64,000 bases of DNA from Raillietiella orientalis (Eukaryota). Below the pieces are notes generated by a model that saw only the letters and a list, made by a program, of their open reading frames with translations, was not told the DNA's origin and searched no databases. Positions 49,961 to 63,700 of this stretch are shown here, piece by piece; position 1 is the stretch's first letter, and every line of letters starts with the position of its first letter. The stretch spans positions 1,984,001 through 2,048,000 of the forward strand of contig JAYWIR010000019.1 of assembly GCA_036172245.1 (NCBI GenBank). Direction: 5' to 3'. The position numbers and the translations under genes were made by a program.

Positions 49961-50759
49961 CACCGTCCACTGCTGCTTCTGAAAATTAAGGAACGTTTCA
50001 TACCCATGACCTCTGTCCCCGCCCTCCTATTCCCTAGTTTTTTGAAAGTCGGCCTGAGTGCTGGTGTGATCCCGGATGAACTTTCTGTTTTGTGGCTTTT
50101 CTTGTTGTTTCGAGAGGATACCCTTCCTCTCCTCTTCCTTGTAGTTTGCTTTGTGTGCTTTTTGCAAAACAAAGGTCCCAGCATGACCTGGTTCAAAGCT
50201 CCCCCTGGTAAAATAGTGGACGGCTCCCGCCGGGTTCTTCTGCCCATCCACTCCGAAGTCCGCGCCGGGGCTTCCCGGGGTCTTTCATTTCGGTTTTTCC
50301 TTGACAGTCTTAGCTGAGAGCTGCAAGAAAAAGCCTGACCATCGATACATCCTAGCGTCTTCCGCCTTCGAAACCACTGCGTTGCTTCCTGACGCGTCTG
50401 GGCAACCGGAAGATGTATATTTTGGTACACGAGTTTCGGGTCAGATGGCCAGTGGAGCGAAGCCACCACCTGAAGAATTGTGCAGGAACGCCTCCGGCCA
50501 TAAGTGATGACACAACCGCCCGTTCCAAGGGAGGGAGATTTTTTTCATGGAACCCCTACATCCGCGAGCCTGGACCGATCCCAGTCGTCGCACCTCCGGC
50601 ATCGGGTGGGCAGTCCAGGACGCTCCTCCCGTTCTCCGGGGACGCAGTCCGCCGAGGCCGTCGAGCCCTAGCAAGCGGAAAACCTCGCGCCCCCAAGTAC
50701 GAGCGCAGGGGTTCCGCGCCGAGTCTTTTCCTAAGAATGCTTGAGGATCCTGGAAAGGA

Positions 50760-51012
50760 CGCAGTGGACTCCCTCCAGCGGTCAGTGACCGCTTCCCAGC
50801 CCCCTCCAATTTTTTTTTTTTCTGTGTGTTGATTTCATTGAATATTGTTTTCCCCTCCCTCCGCTGCCGAGGACGGCGAGGTGGACCTCTCCGGCCTGCG
50901 GACTGGCGACCCGGCACGTCCACCCACAGTCCATTCGGGAGTGGTGGGACCATGCGTGCCCTGCCACAAGACGGAGTTTGCTGTCGATTTCAATGAACGC
51001 CCGGCGACCCGA
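50760..51012 (+). mobile_element. LINE family A 3' UTR fragment
   Basis: T-tract, ggacctctccggcctg hairpin and terminal aatgaacgcccggcgacccg. Confidence 0.55.
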
Positions 51013-51133
51013 ACGGCGCGCGTTTCCGCGACCCGGGTCGAGCATCCTGCTTGACCCAACTGGGCCGCTTCAGATCGCATCCACCAACTGGATCTTTGTA
51101 CTTAGTAGAGCGGCCACTGCGCGCGTTCGGTTT

Positions 51134-52175
51134 AAAATCCCGAACTCCGAAATCCCCTAACGATAGAAATCCTGGAAGATGATTATAAATAAATAGAGAT
51201 GAATATGTAAATATATAATTCATATATACTTCATGTATAGATTAATATGTGTTATAAAGGTTATAAAAATAAATCTATATGCTTATTAGGTATATTAATA
51301 TGTAAATTTATATGTACATTAACGTACAACTGTGTTTTAACATAAATATCCATTAATACTATTGATAGTAATATTGTTTCAACATATATGCATATTCTTA
51401 TTTATTAACATATGCATTATTAATGTAATCAATATGTTTATCATGCATATTAATATATATATAATAGATTAATAGATAGGTGGATGTATATTGTGAAGAT
51501 TACAAACATAAATATGTATGTTTATCGTGTACATTAATTTGTGCCCATATATATTTATACATGTAGTAAATGCGTATTAAATCAATATGTAAATGCCGTA
51601 TGGTAAAAATAAAAAATAATGGCAACAATTAAAAATTGGGAGAAAAAAATAAAAAAACAAACCAAGTTGAAAAGGAAAAAAAACCAAAAGGAATTTGGTA
51701 TTTCTGTTTCCTTTTCCTTACCAACACAATTAATGGCACTCTCTGAGTGAGTGATGTTTTCTCAGCAAATGATCCCATTTGGGGGATTTTGATCGTTTGA
51801 TAAATACATATTTTCATAATTCGATATTTCTACATTCATTTTATATATACATTTATTACATGTATAATATATATGCATATATGCTATTTATTACAGGTAT
51901 AAATATGTATTAACATGTACAATAAACACATATATATTTTTTTTATAATCTTGATAATATGTATTACTCTATATGCAAATATATACATTAATATCTACAT
52001 AATAACCATAGCGTTAAGTACATTAAAGTATATAATAAGCATACATAGTAATAATCTTCACAGCAAACATTAATCTGTGCACAAATGTATATATCAATAT
52101 ATATAATAAACGTATGTCTTTTTTTTTTTTTTTTCCAGATCTTTTGGGATGTTGATCGTTTGGGATTTCGGCGTC
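51134..52175. mobile_element. Non-autonomous MULE-like element (MITE-like): ~950 bp very AT-rich core between imperfect inverted repeats
   Basis: Left gaaatcccctaacgatagaaatcctggaagat vs right (rc) gaaatcccaaacgatcaacatcccaaaagat. An extra internal unit lies at 51778-51798. Confidence 0.6.
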
Positions 52176-52969
52176 CGCTGTTTCGATGGGCGTCGCCACC
52201 GCAACGAGGTCCATTGCGATGAAACCCTTCTTGTCGAGGATTTGCAACAAGAATTTCAAGATATCACGCAAAGCCTAAGCAAATGACGAGAGCTGCTGCT
52301 ACTGCCTGTCTCTAGGGGTGACCAGCAGGTTTCTTCCTTCTCTCAAGGGTCACGTTCCTCCCCAATCCAATTTCCCCTTGGTCCGTTCGTGGGTCCCTTT
52401 GATGCACTATCAGCATCCTCTCGCTCTTCACTGACGAGTCCAACTAGGAAACTTTCTTTGAGAAATGGACGTGCTAAGAATCCCTCGTGTTCCTCCTACG
52501 TTTTTCTGCTCCGCGAGAAACAGGGACGGCGTGCGCTGTGCCTGTCGTGTGGTTTCATTTTCCTCCGAGCTCCGAGGCCTGGTTCCCGCCATTGCACCTT
52601 CCCTCACCATTTCCTTTCTCTTCTTTTCGGCTCTCCTGTTTTTCCGCGTACGCCCCAGACTTTTGGCCGCCCCCACTTTGCTTCGGTCCGGTGAGTTGTG
52701 CGTCCAGATGCCAGAGGTTTCCCTGGGAACCCCCTCTTGCGATGCCTCCCATCCGTTCTCCTCATGGCCTACGAAAATGAGGCCGAAGAGACAAAAAGCA
52801 GGCTCGTGTGGGGGCGCCTGTGGCCCGCCGACGCGACCTTTCTTGACAAACTTGTGGGTTCTTGGTCCATCACGACCCTACTCCCCTTCCTCATTAGATC
52901 TGCCTACTTTTCCATTCTTGGAAGCTCCGAGGCATCTTGGGAAGCTTCCAGACGATCGGCGGTTTGTCA

Positions 52970-53750
52970 CCCGGGATTTCCGGGGCATTTATTATAAGAA
53001 ATTATAATAAAGGTCGTCTATATTACAGACTCGTGGTAGAACTACTGGTTCTACCACGCGCGAATCACTTGCCAAAAACCGGTAGGTGAGGACACCAGTG
53101 AGGTGTCCGCACCTACCGGTTGAGCAGACCGGTGAGGTCCGTTCCATCGGCGGAGGAGGTGGAAGAACTACAAAACAAAAAACGAAAAAAAAGGGGAAAA
53201 AAGGGGGGAGAGAAGTTTCTTAGGGAGAAGGGCAGGAAGGGAAGGGATCATTGTTCTTCTGGAGACGTCCTCTGCATCCTGTTCAGCATGCTGACAAGTA
53301 CTGTTTCAGCACTGCCCAGGTGGGGCCATCTCGGCGCGGCTCTCAAAAAAATCGTCGTCTAGTGGATGGCATCCCTGCCATTTTGCCCTCCCCTTGTCGC
53401 GTTCCAGGATGCCACGATTCCACGGGCACAGCAGCAGAGGCTAAGGGCAAGGGCTAAGGGCGCGGCTGGCAGCAGATCGGAACACCGGAGGAGGCGTCAG
53501 AAAACGCCCCTGGGTTGGCCCTCCAGATTTCCTAGGATCGTCAAGAGACGATTCCAAAGGGGTCAAAGGGCGGAACAGTCTACCAATAAGTGCGGGAAGG
53601 TCCTTTTTTCCGCACTCTGTACACTGGACATCGACGCTCCCCAGTGTCCAGTGAGAGAGGCGTGCTCTGCATGGGATTCCCCAATGCAACAACAACGCCA
53701 CCTCTTGCCACTTGAAGGGGAATGTGCCACTGTCCCAACACGCTGGGGGT
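52970..53750 (-). mobile_element. LINE family A 3' end with well-preserved structured UTR; family B fragment follows at 53810-53920
   Basis: Aligns to 9380-9870; contains multiple perfect hairpins. Confidence 0.8.
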
Positions 53751-54799
53751 CACTTAACCTCCTCCGGAGGTATCGTGAGCAGCTCGCAACAACGTGGAAG
53801 TTTTTTTGGCGTCCCTTCGGGGTTCTCTTCAAATGAGGAAACCAAGAGCAGTTCCCTTGCGGGTGCTCTCCGGAAAAAGAAATTCCAGGGAGAGATCCTT
53901 TCGGGGTTTCCTTAGGAAAAGAAATAATGGGACCAGGGGTTAAATTTCTAGCCAGCAATAATCACGTCTTTGCTGCTGCCCTCGGCTATGATATTGCCCA
54001 TGCGCAAAGCTGATTAGACCCTCTTTATAGATCTGCGATCGGGGGTGCGGGGTCGCGAAAGGTTGAGTTCCCATCGGAGGAAGCCCATTTGCCCTCTTCC
54101 TCCAGCACACCGCTCGCAGATCTTCATTCCGTTCAGAGAGTTCTCTGGAGTCATCTCCATCTTCAGACCAAGGAAGTCGCCCCTTCGATGCTCCCGTGAT
54201 TCTGAGGTGGGCCGGAATGGAGATGGTTGAATGAAAGGCAACTCTGGTCCCTTCATTCTTCCATTTTGCATTTTCATTTATTTGTTTATTGCAGTCCTCA
54301 CTCGTTTGGACCCTCTTTGGTTAAAAAAGTCTGTTTCTTTCTCAGTTGCCTTTCTGCTGCCGTTGCTTTTTTTAAGATCCTCCGTTTCGGGCAAACGGCG
54401 GCTTCGAAGGAGAACGCAAACTTCCGTTGGAAGCGCGGGAGTTCTTTCCCTAAAGATCACGGTCGTCCTTCGTTCCTTGGCAGCCGCTGTGCGAAACGGC
54501 GGATCGTCCCCTCCCCTCCCTTCCCCACGCAGGTCTGCTGCATGTCCCAGCAGCGTTCGAAGCTCCTGTGTCTTCAAGTTTTTGCCGGAGAGCTGTTTCT
54601 GCCCACCCTTGTTGATCCCAGAGCTGTCTTGGAAGAAGAAGTCAATCCAGAAACTCCAATCCCCCCCTCCGTGCTTGCTGAATGACCCGTAGTGCGCTCC
54701 AGCAGCGAACTGCTCGGCATCAAAAACAAACGAACAAAACAAATGGACCCCGGAAGCGGATCACGAAATCCACCACATCCGCACGATGGCATCGGTTCC

Positions 54800-55320
54800 G
54801 TTTCTCCCGTGGGTTCGCCTTGTCTTCGGGAACCGAACACGAAGAGAAGAGTTTTGGAACCGTGAGCGCGATTCGTTCCAGAGCAGATGGCACGCGATCT
54901 CCGCGACGCGTTGTCATAGCGTACCCGCGGGCTGGAGGCCACTGTTTGCATTGCCGAGATGCCGATATCAGGGCCGGGGCCGCGTTCAGATAACGCCTGC
55001 TGACTCCGAACGATCCCGTGTTTGCAAATGATGCACGTGGTTTGAGAACGCTGACGAGGCTCCTTGATACAAGCAACGAAAACCAGGATATAGCAGACGA
55101 CTCCTTTATTGAAACAGTGGAGAGATAACTTGTGGATCCCTCCCGCATCTCTCCTGGCGCGCGCACGGGATCGGGAAAGGTAGGCAGGGGAGCGATGCAT
55201 TTGTTCCCTCTTGCCTGGGTCTTGGAGCGCTTGCTCGGACGCACAGAGATGCAGATGCGGTGTTGTGCTAGCGGTGTCCCGCTGCTCCGGGAAGTCAGAG
55301 ATTGGAGGGGAAAAAAAAAG
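54800..55320 (-). mobile_element. Decayed Ty3/Gypsy integrase core
   Basis: APLPTFPDP, ALSERGP (SDxGP) and LERIALTV (ERxNRT) in order. Confidence 0.45.
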
Positions 55321-55589
55321 AAAATTGGTTTGCTATGAAATCCGTGTGCTCGGAGGCAGAGAATTCTGGCTCACGGAGCAATGGATGTCGGATGCGATAA
55401 GAGGAATGATGCACAGTCCCGCCGTCCTGACTGAGGAAGTCACGTCCTATGGGTCCGTCCCATCGATGGTCAATGAGGGACCCGGGATCATGGAGCGTGT
55501 ACCGCATGGATGGATCGATTTTTAGGCTTCCACATTTCCTCATGTGCTTTACATCTTTGGGGAGATGCGAAAGCAATAAGTAGTCAGTA

Positions 55590-56945
55590 GCTTTCCTGCG
55601 CTGTCGAAAGGGGCAGAGAAAAAGTTCATACGGTGCTAAGAGGTCTCGAAAGCAACCGAGCAGGGATCGAGCAGCAGTGGAAGAGAGGAGGCAAAGTTTC
55701 TTTGAAGCTCTGCTCTCCTCGCTGCAGCAGTGCGGGGGAGGAGGGAAACCCTACCTAAGGGAACGAGCACGTGTGCTAAAAGCGGTCACATCTCGTCGTT
55801 TCCTGACAGACTCATTCCTGGGCGCCTGAATTGGAAAACCACTCCACGCCTTCCCTGGTGAACGGCTACCGTTCCAACCAGCTGTGGTCGCAAAACGGTT
55901 CGTTTGGGGAAGCAGGAAAAGAAGTCACGGAAAGACATCTCCAGAACCGTCCGCTTCGAAGCTGTGATGCACCCTTTCATTCCTTTTCACGCCCTCAAAG
56001 GATGACCCATTAAAATGCGGGGGGGGGGGGAGAAAAAATAGCGAATGTACGGAGATTGTTCGATCTTTGGATTAGTTCTTCCTTTCCAAGACTTGTTGGA
56101 GGTCGAGGACCAGAATGTGCGCTGCCTTGTAATCATTCTGTCCGAACGACCCTTCCGTCTATTTCTGTGTTGAATTGCTTGGGTCCTCCTTCTAGAGTAC
56201 TTTGAGTTTACCACCCTCACTCAAGTGAGTTATAAGCCTTGTCTTAAATCAGTCTTCACTTTGACCTCGGTGATCACATCCGGATCCTTTTCCATCATGG
56301 GTAAACTGTGCTGGCAGATCATACACGCAGTCCGCGGGTGGTTAGCCAGTGATTTCGAGACGCGAATTCTTTCCCGAGTCCTGCATCCTTGACCTTGGAT
56401 CAACCCGAATGTCATTCGAGTGCGTCTTGAGGGAAGCGACGTCAACTGAATCTTGGAGGCGGAACTGGTTCCATCTGCCACTGCCCAATTCATTCGCTGG
56501 AATCTCGACCAGAAGATGCTGGGTGGATAGGCAGACACTCCATTGAATCGGTCACAGTGGCGTTCACAAAGCGAGTGACTTTACACGGCCAGAGTTCAGA
56601 AGACGCACTGTTCAGCTGCGAGCATCCGGATGTGCAAACATTCTCGGAAAACGTTTTCTGCTTTCCCTCGTCAGAAGATGCCAGCAAGAATAATCCACTA
56701 AGCAAAGGGAAGACATTCCGACGTGACCCGTGGAATTGATGGCACTGGAAAGGAAGACACGAAAACGTGCTTTGGATCCGTCTTTCGGCTGATTCAAAAA
56801 ACGTCTTTCGGTGTCCGTATCTTTCCTGTGCTGTCGAAAGGGAGAGAGTTCTTACTGTCACGGTGCTAGGAGATCTCGAAAGAAACCCTTGACCAGGAGC
56901 AACCGAACAGGGATCGAGCAGCAGTGGAAGCGAGGAGGCAAAGCT
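55590..56945. repeat. Diverged direct repeat of ~110-125 bp (55590-55696 and 56820-56943)
   Basis: ctttcctg.gctgtcgaaaggg...agcaaccga.cagggatcgagcagcagtggaag.gaggaggcaaag in both copies. Confidence 0.85.
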
Positions 56946-57199
56946 GACCAGGAAAAATTGAAGTGCATCCTCGAAAAGCTGTTAGCTGGAATCGAAAAGA
57001 ACTCGCATTAAAAGGAACGATTCTAAACTGGAAATCAAGGAAAGCAACTCCCTCTCTCTCTTTGACATCTTTGACGATTCCCAACCGAGGTATCATGCCG
57101 ACTGGGGACTCCGCAACGAAGGACACACGTAGAGCGAGCTCCTAGGAGCAACTGAAATGAAATGGAAGACAAAGAGCTACTTCTGAGGAGCGGGAATTC

Positions 57200-57830
57200 G
57201 TCTCTCCTTGTTGTTAATTTTTTTTCTATCCACTGTGTACCCAGCGCTGTGGTTGCCGTCCCTGAATCCCTAGAGGTCAGTATATTGAATCTCTAACGAT
57301 CCTCATCTTGCTGTGACTCACTTAATTCTTCGATTCCAGCCATTTTATTCTTATATTCCTTCGCAATTTCTAAGCGCTGCATTGCTCTTTCCTCAGGGGA
57401 TGCTGGTCATCGTTCATCTGACCAGACCATCTAGCCATCATTCATTAGTCGACCCTAATGGTTTCGATGCATGATCTCCTGTACTCCAGAGAAACAGCTC
57501 TATTAACTACAAGGCGTTAAAAACACGACTCTTAATGCTGCCTTATAGACCTTCTAAGGTCACTTCCATACCTATTTGGAATTCTGTTTAAAGTCCTCTT
57601 CCCAACTGTTTTGAGCTCTTTGTTAGATAGATGATGGCTTGTCAGAACAGTGGTGGTAGAGATTCAAATTGATACCATTTTGTTCATGTTTTTCTCTTGC
57701 AGACGCTCATTTTGCCGTATCCCCCCCCCCCCCCAAAAAAAAAAAAATCGTCAACATCCAGTCCTCGTTTCAAGAGATCTTTCATCTTTTTGCTCCCATA
57801 ATCATCATGACCCATTCGGCGTCATTCGCT
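57200..57830 (-). mobile_element. Heavily decayed Ty3/Gypsy RT-RNase H remnant
   Basis: KELKTVG (KELRSFLG-like), KQNSK.VW..KAAL, DHAS..LG (TDAS-like) and ARW-like segment in order. Confidence 0.4.
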
Positions 57831-59039
57831 TCCCCCCTCCTCCGAGGAGAAGCTGAACGAGGAAAGAGAAGCGGAAGAACCCAGCAGCCAAGACTTCACT
57901 CCTGTTTCCTCTCTGAGGAATTTGATCTTCCTACTTGAGAGGGTCAGTCTCTTTCTCGTTGGCTCTCTCACTGAATCCTACCAGGAAGGTGCTGGCTTTG
58001 CTTGTGCCGCCCTGTGGTTCCGCGTGTCTGTATTTTGCGTCACAATGTATTCGGTGTCATGAATTGCCGCATGCTTCTGGCTTCCTGCGTGCAATTATCT
58101 CACGTTGTCTCTGCCGGATCCAAATCCAACAAATCTTTCTATAGACAAAAAGATTAGCGTCGGCAACGAAAAAGATAAGAAAAGGCTCAGCAAGGATGCA
58201 CGGAAGGATTCGCGTTAAAATAACGCCTTGAAATGAATGAAGACCGTCTGACATTAACATCTGATGACGGCCGATATTAGGATGTACAACCGTCAAAGGC
58301 AATCACCGACTTGAACGTACAGTCTCGGTTTTTCGATACATCCCAAAAGTTCTGCGTTTCGGCGGGATTCTTCCGTTTCTATCCAGCACATCAATCAGGT
58401 ATTCCTTCCGGAGAAATCTCGTTTCTGCAGCTCAACACTTGGTTGGTTTTCTATGCTTCCAGCACCTCCGATGTTCTTTCGTAACCAGTTCCTCAGCAGC
58501 CAGAAGAATGCCTAGGCGCGCTCCAGTTCTGTGCATTCCTCGCAATCGAGGACCCAACACGATCGCTTTTCTCATTCTCTCCTCCTTCCCCTTCTTCCAT
58601 CTTCCAACTCTTCGATACTCTTTTCCTCACGTTTCTGGTACGAATCCGTGACGTCGGCTTTCCGACCGAGCGTAAACACGGCGCTCCTCCCGACGCCCCT
58701 AGGCGCCGTGTTTACGGGTTTTCCTTATCTCCTCCGCCTGCCGAGTTCTCACCTCTCGAGGAATGAGCCTCTTGCTCCCCAAACTCGCTCCGGGATCCTC
58801 AACGTGACCCTTCTATTCCAAGCCACGCTTCGCGTCGGAGGGTGCGCGCCTACTGAATCCTCTCTATGGCTCCTCGATTGCAATGGGAGGAAGGAAAGTG
58901 TCCTTAACGGGCCTGAAGGAACGAAAGACGCACCCTTGACGGAAAAGACGCTGATGCCTCACTTCCCCCCTCCCCCCTTCCTCCTATGCCGTTCCCGTGT
59001 CTTCGTTCAAACTTGTGCGGCTTGTCGGCGCGGCGATCA

Positions 59040-59910
59040 GGTGTCGACCCGCATGGCTGAGGTCTCCGCTCGTGGCTCCAGGCGTTAGGGTCTCGAACCC
59101 CCCTCGGGGAAGGATCGACGTCGAGAAATGGGATGCGTCGTGGGTTTCGAGTCCCCCTCCCCAGGATGACACTGGTTGGACTACGAGCTTTGGGTACGGC
59201 ACTGGTAGAAGTCCGGATGATTCGTCGACTGGAAGGGATTCGAAGTTGACGCTTTGAGGTCTTTCCAGGACTTTTTAATTTCGGAGTTCCCTTCTGGTTG
59301 TGAAAATGGAACCGTGCTTCCACTTGGGATGATCCTCCATTAGGTACCATGGAACTGGTTGATACCCCCTCGGCGTGTTGGTTGCCTCTCCAGAGTGTGA
59401 AGAGCTGCGCCCTCCCCTCCGGGGAGCGTCCTTAGGAGAAAATCGGGAAGCGTCCTTTCAGGGTTTTCCTCAGGGCAGGAAACGGAGCGGTTCCCTTTTG
59501 GGTTTCCTCCGGAGGAGAAATTCCAGGAGCGGATCCTTTCGGGGTTCCCTTCGGAGACAACCAGGGCAGAGAGTTCCCTCCCAAGAGTGAGAGGAACGGA
59601 CTCCCTTCCTGGACTCATGGAGTACTCCCTAACTCAGCTTGCACCCCCGGGTGGTGTGGAACGGTGTCAAAGGACTTCGTGAGCCCCCAGGAGAACCGTT
59701 CTTCAGCAACTTAGCCAACACCCCCCTCCAAAAATAATAATAATAAAAGAATAGGGAGAAAAGGGATAAGATGAAATGAGGATGAGGATATCAAGAACTC
59801 CCCATCAAGAGGAATGAACTCCTTTTTCCAAAACCCTTCCTGGATTCGTGGAATGGTCCCCTTTAGGGGTATCTCCTAAATTGAAGAGCTTATACGCACC
59901 TCCGGGTGGT
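59040..59910. mobile_element. SINE-like head (59040-59206, +) joined to family B (59215-59720) and a further B fragment (59800-59910)
   Basis: Colinear with 45000-46000. Confidence 0.75.
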
Positions 59911-60889
59911 CTGGTCAAAGAGCTGGAAGTCAAAGAGCCTCCAGGCGACGGTTCTTTAGTATTGGGAGAAAAGCTGTGAGGGAAAAAGAAAGCAGGAAAC
60001 AACCCGGAAAGGATTTTCAGAGCATCTTGGGGGTTTAGGTTCCATCAAGTGTCCGAAGTGTTCCAAACTGCGACACGAAGAGACCTGTGTTTTTTCTGGG
60101 AGCTCGCCACCGAGTTCCTGGAGAGAATCCGGAAGGGGAACCAGACAAGGACGGGGTCCCTGCCACTCGCACGGGAACGGTTAGCACATTCACCTCTTCG
60201 CCCCAACGGGAGGGAAGGGGAGCTGCCATTCCACACTTTTCGTGTTTGCGCTCTCCAGACCCCCTCCCCTCCCTCCCTCCTCTAGGAGCAACTCGGCCTC
60301 TGTGTGTAGTCAGCCGGGCTTTCTGTTCCCGTTGCCTCTCAGTAATCCATTGGCGGTACGTCCCTTTGACACGCGAGAAAAATGTCTCGAGATAAATGCG
60401 CAGACGACACGATAAGGGGAAGGCGGCTGCGAAGCTTCTTTTGAGATTAGACTCGGGGCAGCTTCTGCTTCTCGTCATGCTGTCGCCGAATCGCTCATGG
60501 ATATGAATTCCATGACTACCGCGGTAGCAATACTGCAAACCCAGGGTGCCTGTCTGTGCATCTGTCCCTCCATCAGATGGATGCAGTCCACCCTTATGCT
60601 TGAATCCCAAGAGGAAATTATCCTTCACTTCCAAATTTGACTCATCTAGATGGAGCAGGCGTCGATATGCGCGGAGATGCATCCATTTTGATTTTTTTTT
60701 TTTCTTTCTTCCCAAAAAGTCAGCAGCGGCCCCGTGGGAAGGTCGCTATGGTCGGCATATGGGATGATCCTTCCAGGGTCGCTGGGATACTCACTCAAGG
60801 GCCGTCCACCTCCTGGAAGTGTCCCTCAGCGATATACAACCAGGGAAAGGAATTTCCCACCTACGGGCAGCTCCACCCAAGCAACTAGG

Positions 60890-61292
60890 GCGGCCCCCGA
60901 CGGGACCACCTTGATGAGTGCAGTCACCTTCCTCTTTCGGGAGGAAAACCACCCCTTCCTGGTTGTGTCCGAAGAAAAGAAATACAAAGGGAACCTCTTC
61001 CCCTCATCCTTTTCGAAGGTAGCCTCTCCGTCAGATGGATGCAGTCTAACCCCTCTTCATCCCTTCTCCGGAAGGAACCCGGAAGGGATTTGCTCCCTGT
61101 TTAATCTTCCGAAGGTCGCTCCCCGAAGGGAGCAGCACGCTCCCGGCACTCTAGAGGAGAACCCCCAAGAGAATCGCCTGCATGATTCCTGGAAGGACCC
61201 CGGAGAGTCAGCTTCCGATCTCGTCACAGTCGACGGGGTCATCCATTAGTTCCGCACCCGAAGACCGTGGGACTACTAGCGCCTTCCTGCGG
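60890..61292. repeat. Family B copy ending cagtcgacggggtcatcc, followed by antisense SINE body (61245-61292)
   Basis: 61245-61292 aligns to 31812-31860. Confidence 0.6.
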
Positions 61293-63299
61293 GTGGGGTG
61301 TTCTCGTCTTAGAGGTGGGTTATGTCCCTTGCATGAATTCCGTATCAGCTGAGAAACGATGATAATGGTCCAGGTCGAGCCGCTCAGAACCGAGTCGAGA
61401 GCGGACCCTTTCACTCTTCTTTCACTCCCTTTGTCACATATGCTGCAACCTAATTTCGGTAGCAAGGAAGAGCCACAGACGGTTCCGGTTCCCATACCTG
61501 GAGCTCTGAGAACTCGGCGATCTGCTGAGAGAGAACGGCGGAGTCGTTCTGACAGGATCTGGTTGCCGGACAATCATCGACCTATGGTTGCTTTTGTTGG
61601 CTAGCCTTCCAGAGGTGACCGAATGGGTAGGAAATGGAGAAACTGGAGAAACTGCGGATGCCTTGCGCTTCATAATCTGAGAATTCCCGGGCTGCTGATT
61701 CATCCATCACACCATGAACCGAAGAACTGCACCGTCAGAACGTGGGGGACTACTGAACTCGCGACGGCCTCAAGACAGCAGCAGGTTTCTTTTGAGAACT
61801 TCGCGTCCTTGCTTGGCGCTGGTTGCCATGGACAGCAGGACGGTGGCCATGGGAAGTCGGAATCCGCTAAGGAGCGTGTGACGACTCGTCTGTCCGAAGC
61901 ACATGAACCTGAAAATAGATGGCACCCAACCGCCGGGACAGAGCCGCTCCTGACTCCCGGAGGTTCCATCGAAGCAGGACCGCCTGCGGTCCTCAGCTGC
62001 CGGCGAGAAGGAGATCGCGACGGCGCTTGCGCGAAAGATTTTGGGCGCGAGACCACCAGGAACCGCCACCAGTGCAGGTCTGGGTGGCAGCAGTAAGTAC
62101 TCTAACGCAGTCCTGGAGGTCCGACGGAGGCGGAGGATTCCACGAGAGCGGCCTTCGAGAGTGGCTCAGTCGATGCAAACAAACCTCCCTTGAAGAACTT
62201 GTTGCGCGTCGCATCCGTGCAATCTCTTGACCGGGCTCGCTCTTCTGCCTGGAAACCAAAGATGTTTTGTCAGCCGCTGATTCCAAAGTCCGCGCACTTC
62301 GAGTGATGGGATCCCGAATCAGAGAACGACCTCGAGTAGTCGATCGAATCTAGAGGAATCAAAAACAAACGGATGCTGTCCCTCATCCGCCTCCCGCTGC
62401 TTCCCCTATGAATCCTCCTGGCGCTTGTCCGGAAAAGAACCCCAAATCCAGGAATCTTTCCTAGGCCGGTCAGAAAGCTGGCTCTGCAGAACCTGCCCAG
62501 CACTTGCGGTCCTGAAGAAGAAGAAAAGAAGGAACGGGTAAGAGCAAGCAGTGGAAGTGGACTTGCAATGTATGTCGTCCTCTAGTCTCCACCTTCTTCC
62601 TTTGGAGTTCCGTTTGCTTCCAAGGGAACAAGACGCATCTCTGTCCCCAGTGAGCAGTCCCGGAGGAAAGCAGACTTCCTCCCCCATCCGGTGATTCCCA
62701 GAGCTCGCCGCATGCTGGGGACGCTCGGCTGCGAGTCGAGGAGTCCTTTACCCGCCCGCCCGCCATCTTGTCTCCAGGGTTTGCCTTTCTGCAAACCACA
62801 GCGTAGCTCCACAGCGGAGTCAATTTCCTTGCCGCCTCTTCAGACCTTCTCCGTGAGTCGAAGAGGGTATTCTGCTCCCCTTCTAAAGGGCAGCAGAAGC
62901 GCAGTCGGAGGCAAAGAGTCAAGGAAGGCAGCCTTCTGAGGAGGTGGTCCATCTCCAGAGAGTGGACGTCTAAGCACACTTGGCACGGAGCTGCAGCTCA
63001 GGAAATGCCTCCCCTGCCGTCCACTGGGAACCTTTGCTCCCTCCACGAGGAGATGAGTGACGCAGCCCTTGAGAAACTGTTCCTCTGCAGCGGAATGTAC
63101 ACATACTGATTCCTCATGGATGCCGGTTGAGCATTAGGATCACCACTGTGTTGGCCGCTCTGGAGTCGACAGCGGTCCTGCAGCGGGAACCTTCCAACGT
63201 TTTCCCTACGCTTCGTTCTGGCATCGCGTGGTCCGGGACAACCTTCTGTAGGATGATGCTAGATGTGCACGAGAGCAGACTACTCACGCTAACTGTGAG

Positions 63300-63700
63300 G
63301 CTCTTGGTGTTCCATAAGTTGGTAACCAAGGAAGGAAAGAAGACTCCAGACCTCGTTCCGGTTCTCACTTGTCACTGCTCGGGTCTGCGTTTCCCAAATT
63401 CGGAATGAAATGGCAAATGACTTACCTCAGTCTGAGAACAGCGATTTGGACAGATGTGCGAGAATCGAAATCCTTCCCCAAAGACCAGAAATCTATGTGT
63501 TCTTAACGTGTTGTTCCAAAATGAGGATCCATGAAACAAACGCGAACCTCGAGTGTCCAGGATAAAAGCAGCTCGCTCATCGCTCCCCCACCTCCTTCCT
63601 CCAGCCATCCTCGTGCATCCAGCTCTTCTTTCCATGCGAGGTAGAGGAGCAAGAAAGCTCTTTCTCTCTCCTTCTGCACCGGCTTCTTCTTCTAATGAGT
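63300..63700 (-). mobile_element. Decayed LINE endonuclease C-terminus/linker
   Basis: GSDERAA (SDH-like) followed by FWNNTL (WxLNxSLL-like). Confidence 0.3.

Noticed and set aside
52425..52475. Hammerhead ribozyme-like CTGACGAGTCC..GGAAAC
   Set aside because: Lacks the C-GAAA junction closing stem II and an NUH cleavage triplet with proper stem I/III pairing; at best degenerate.
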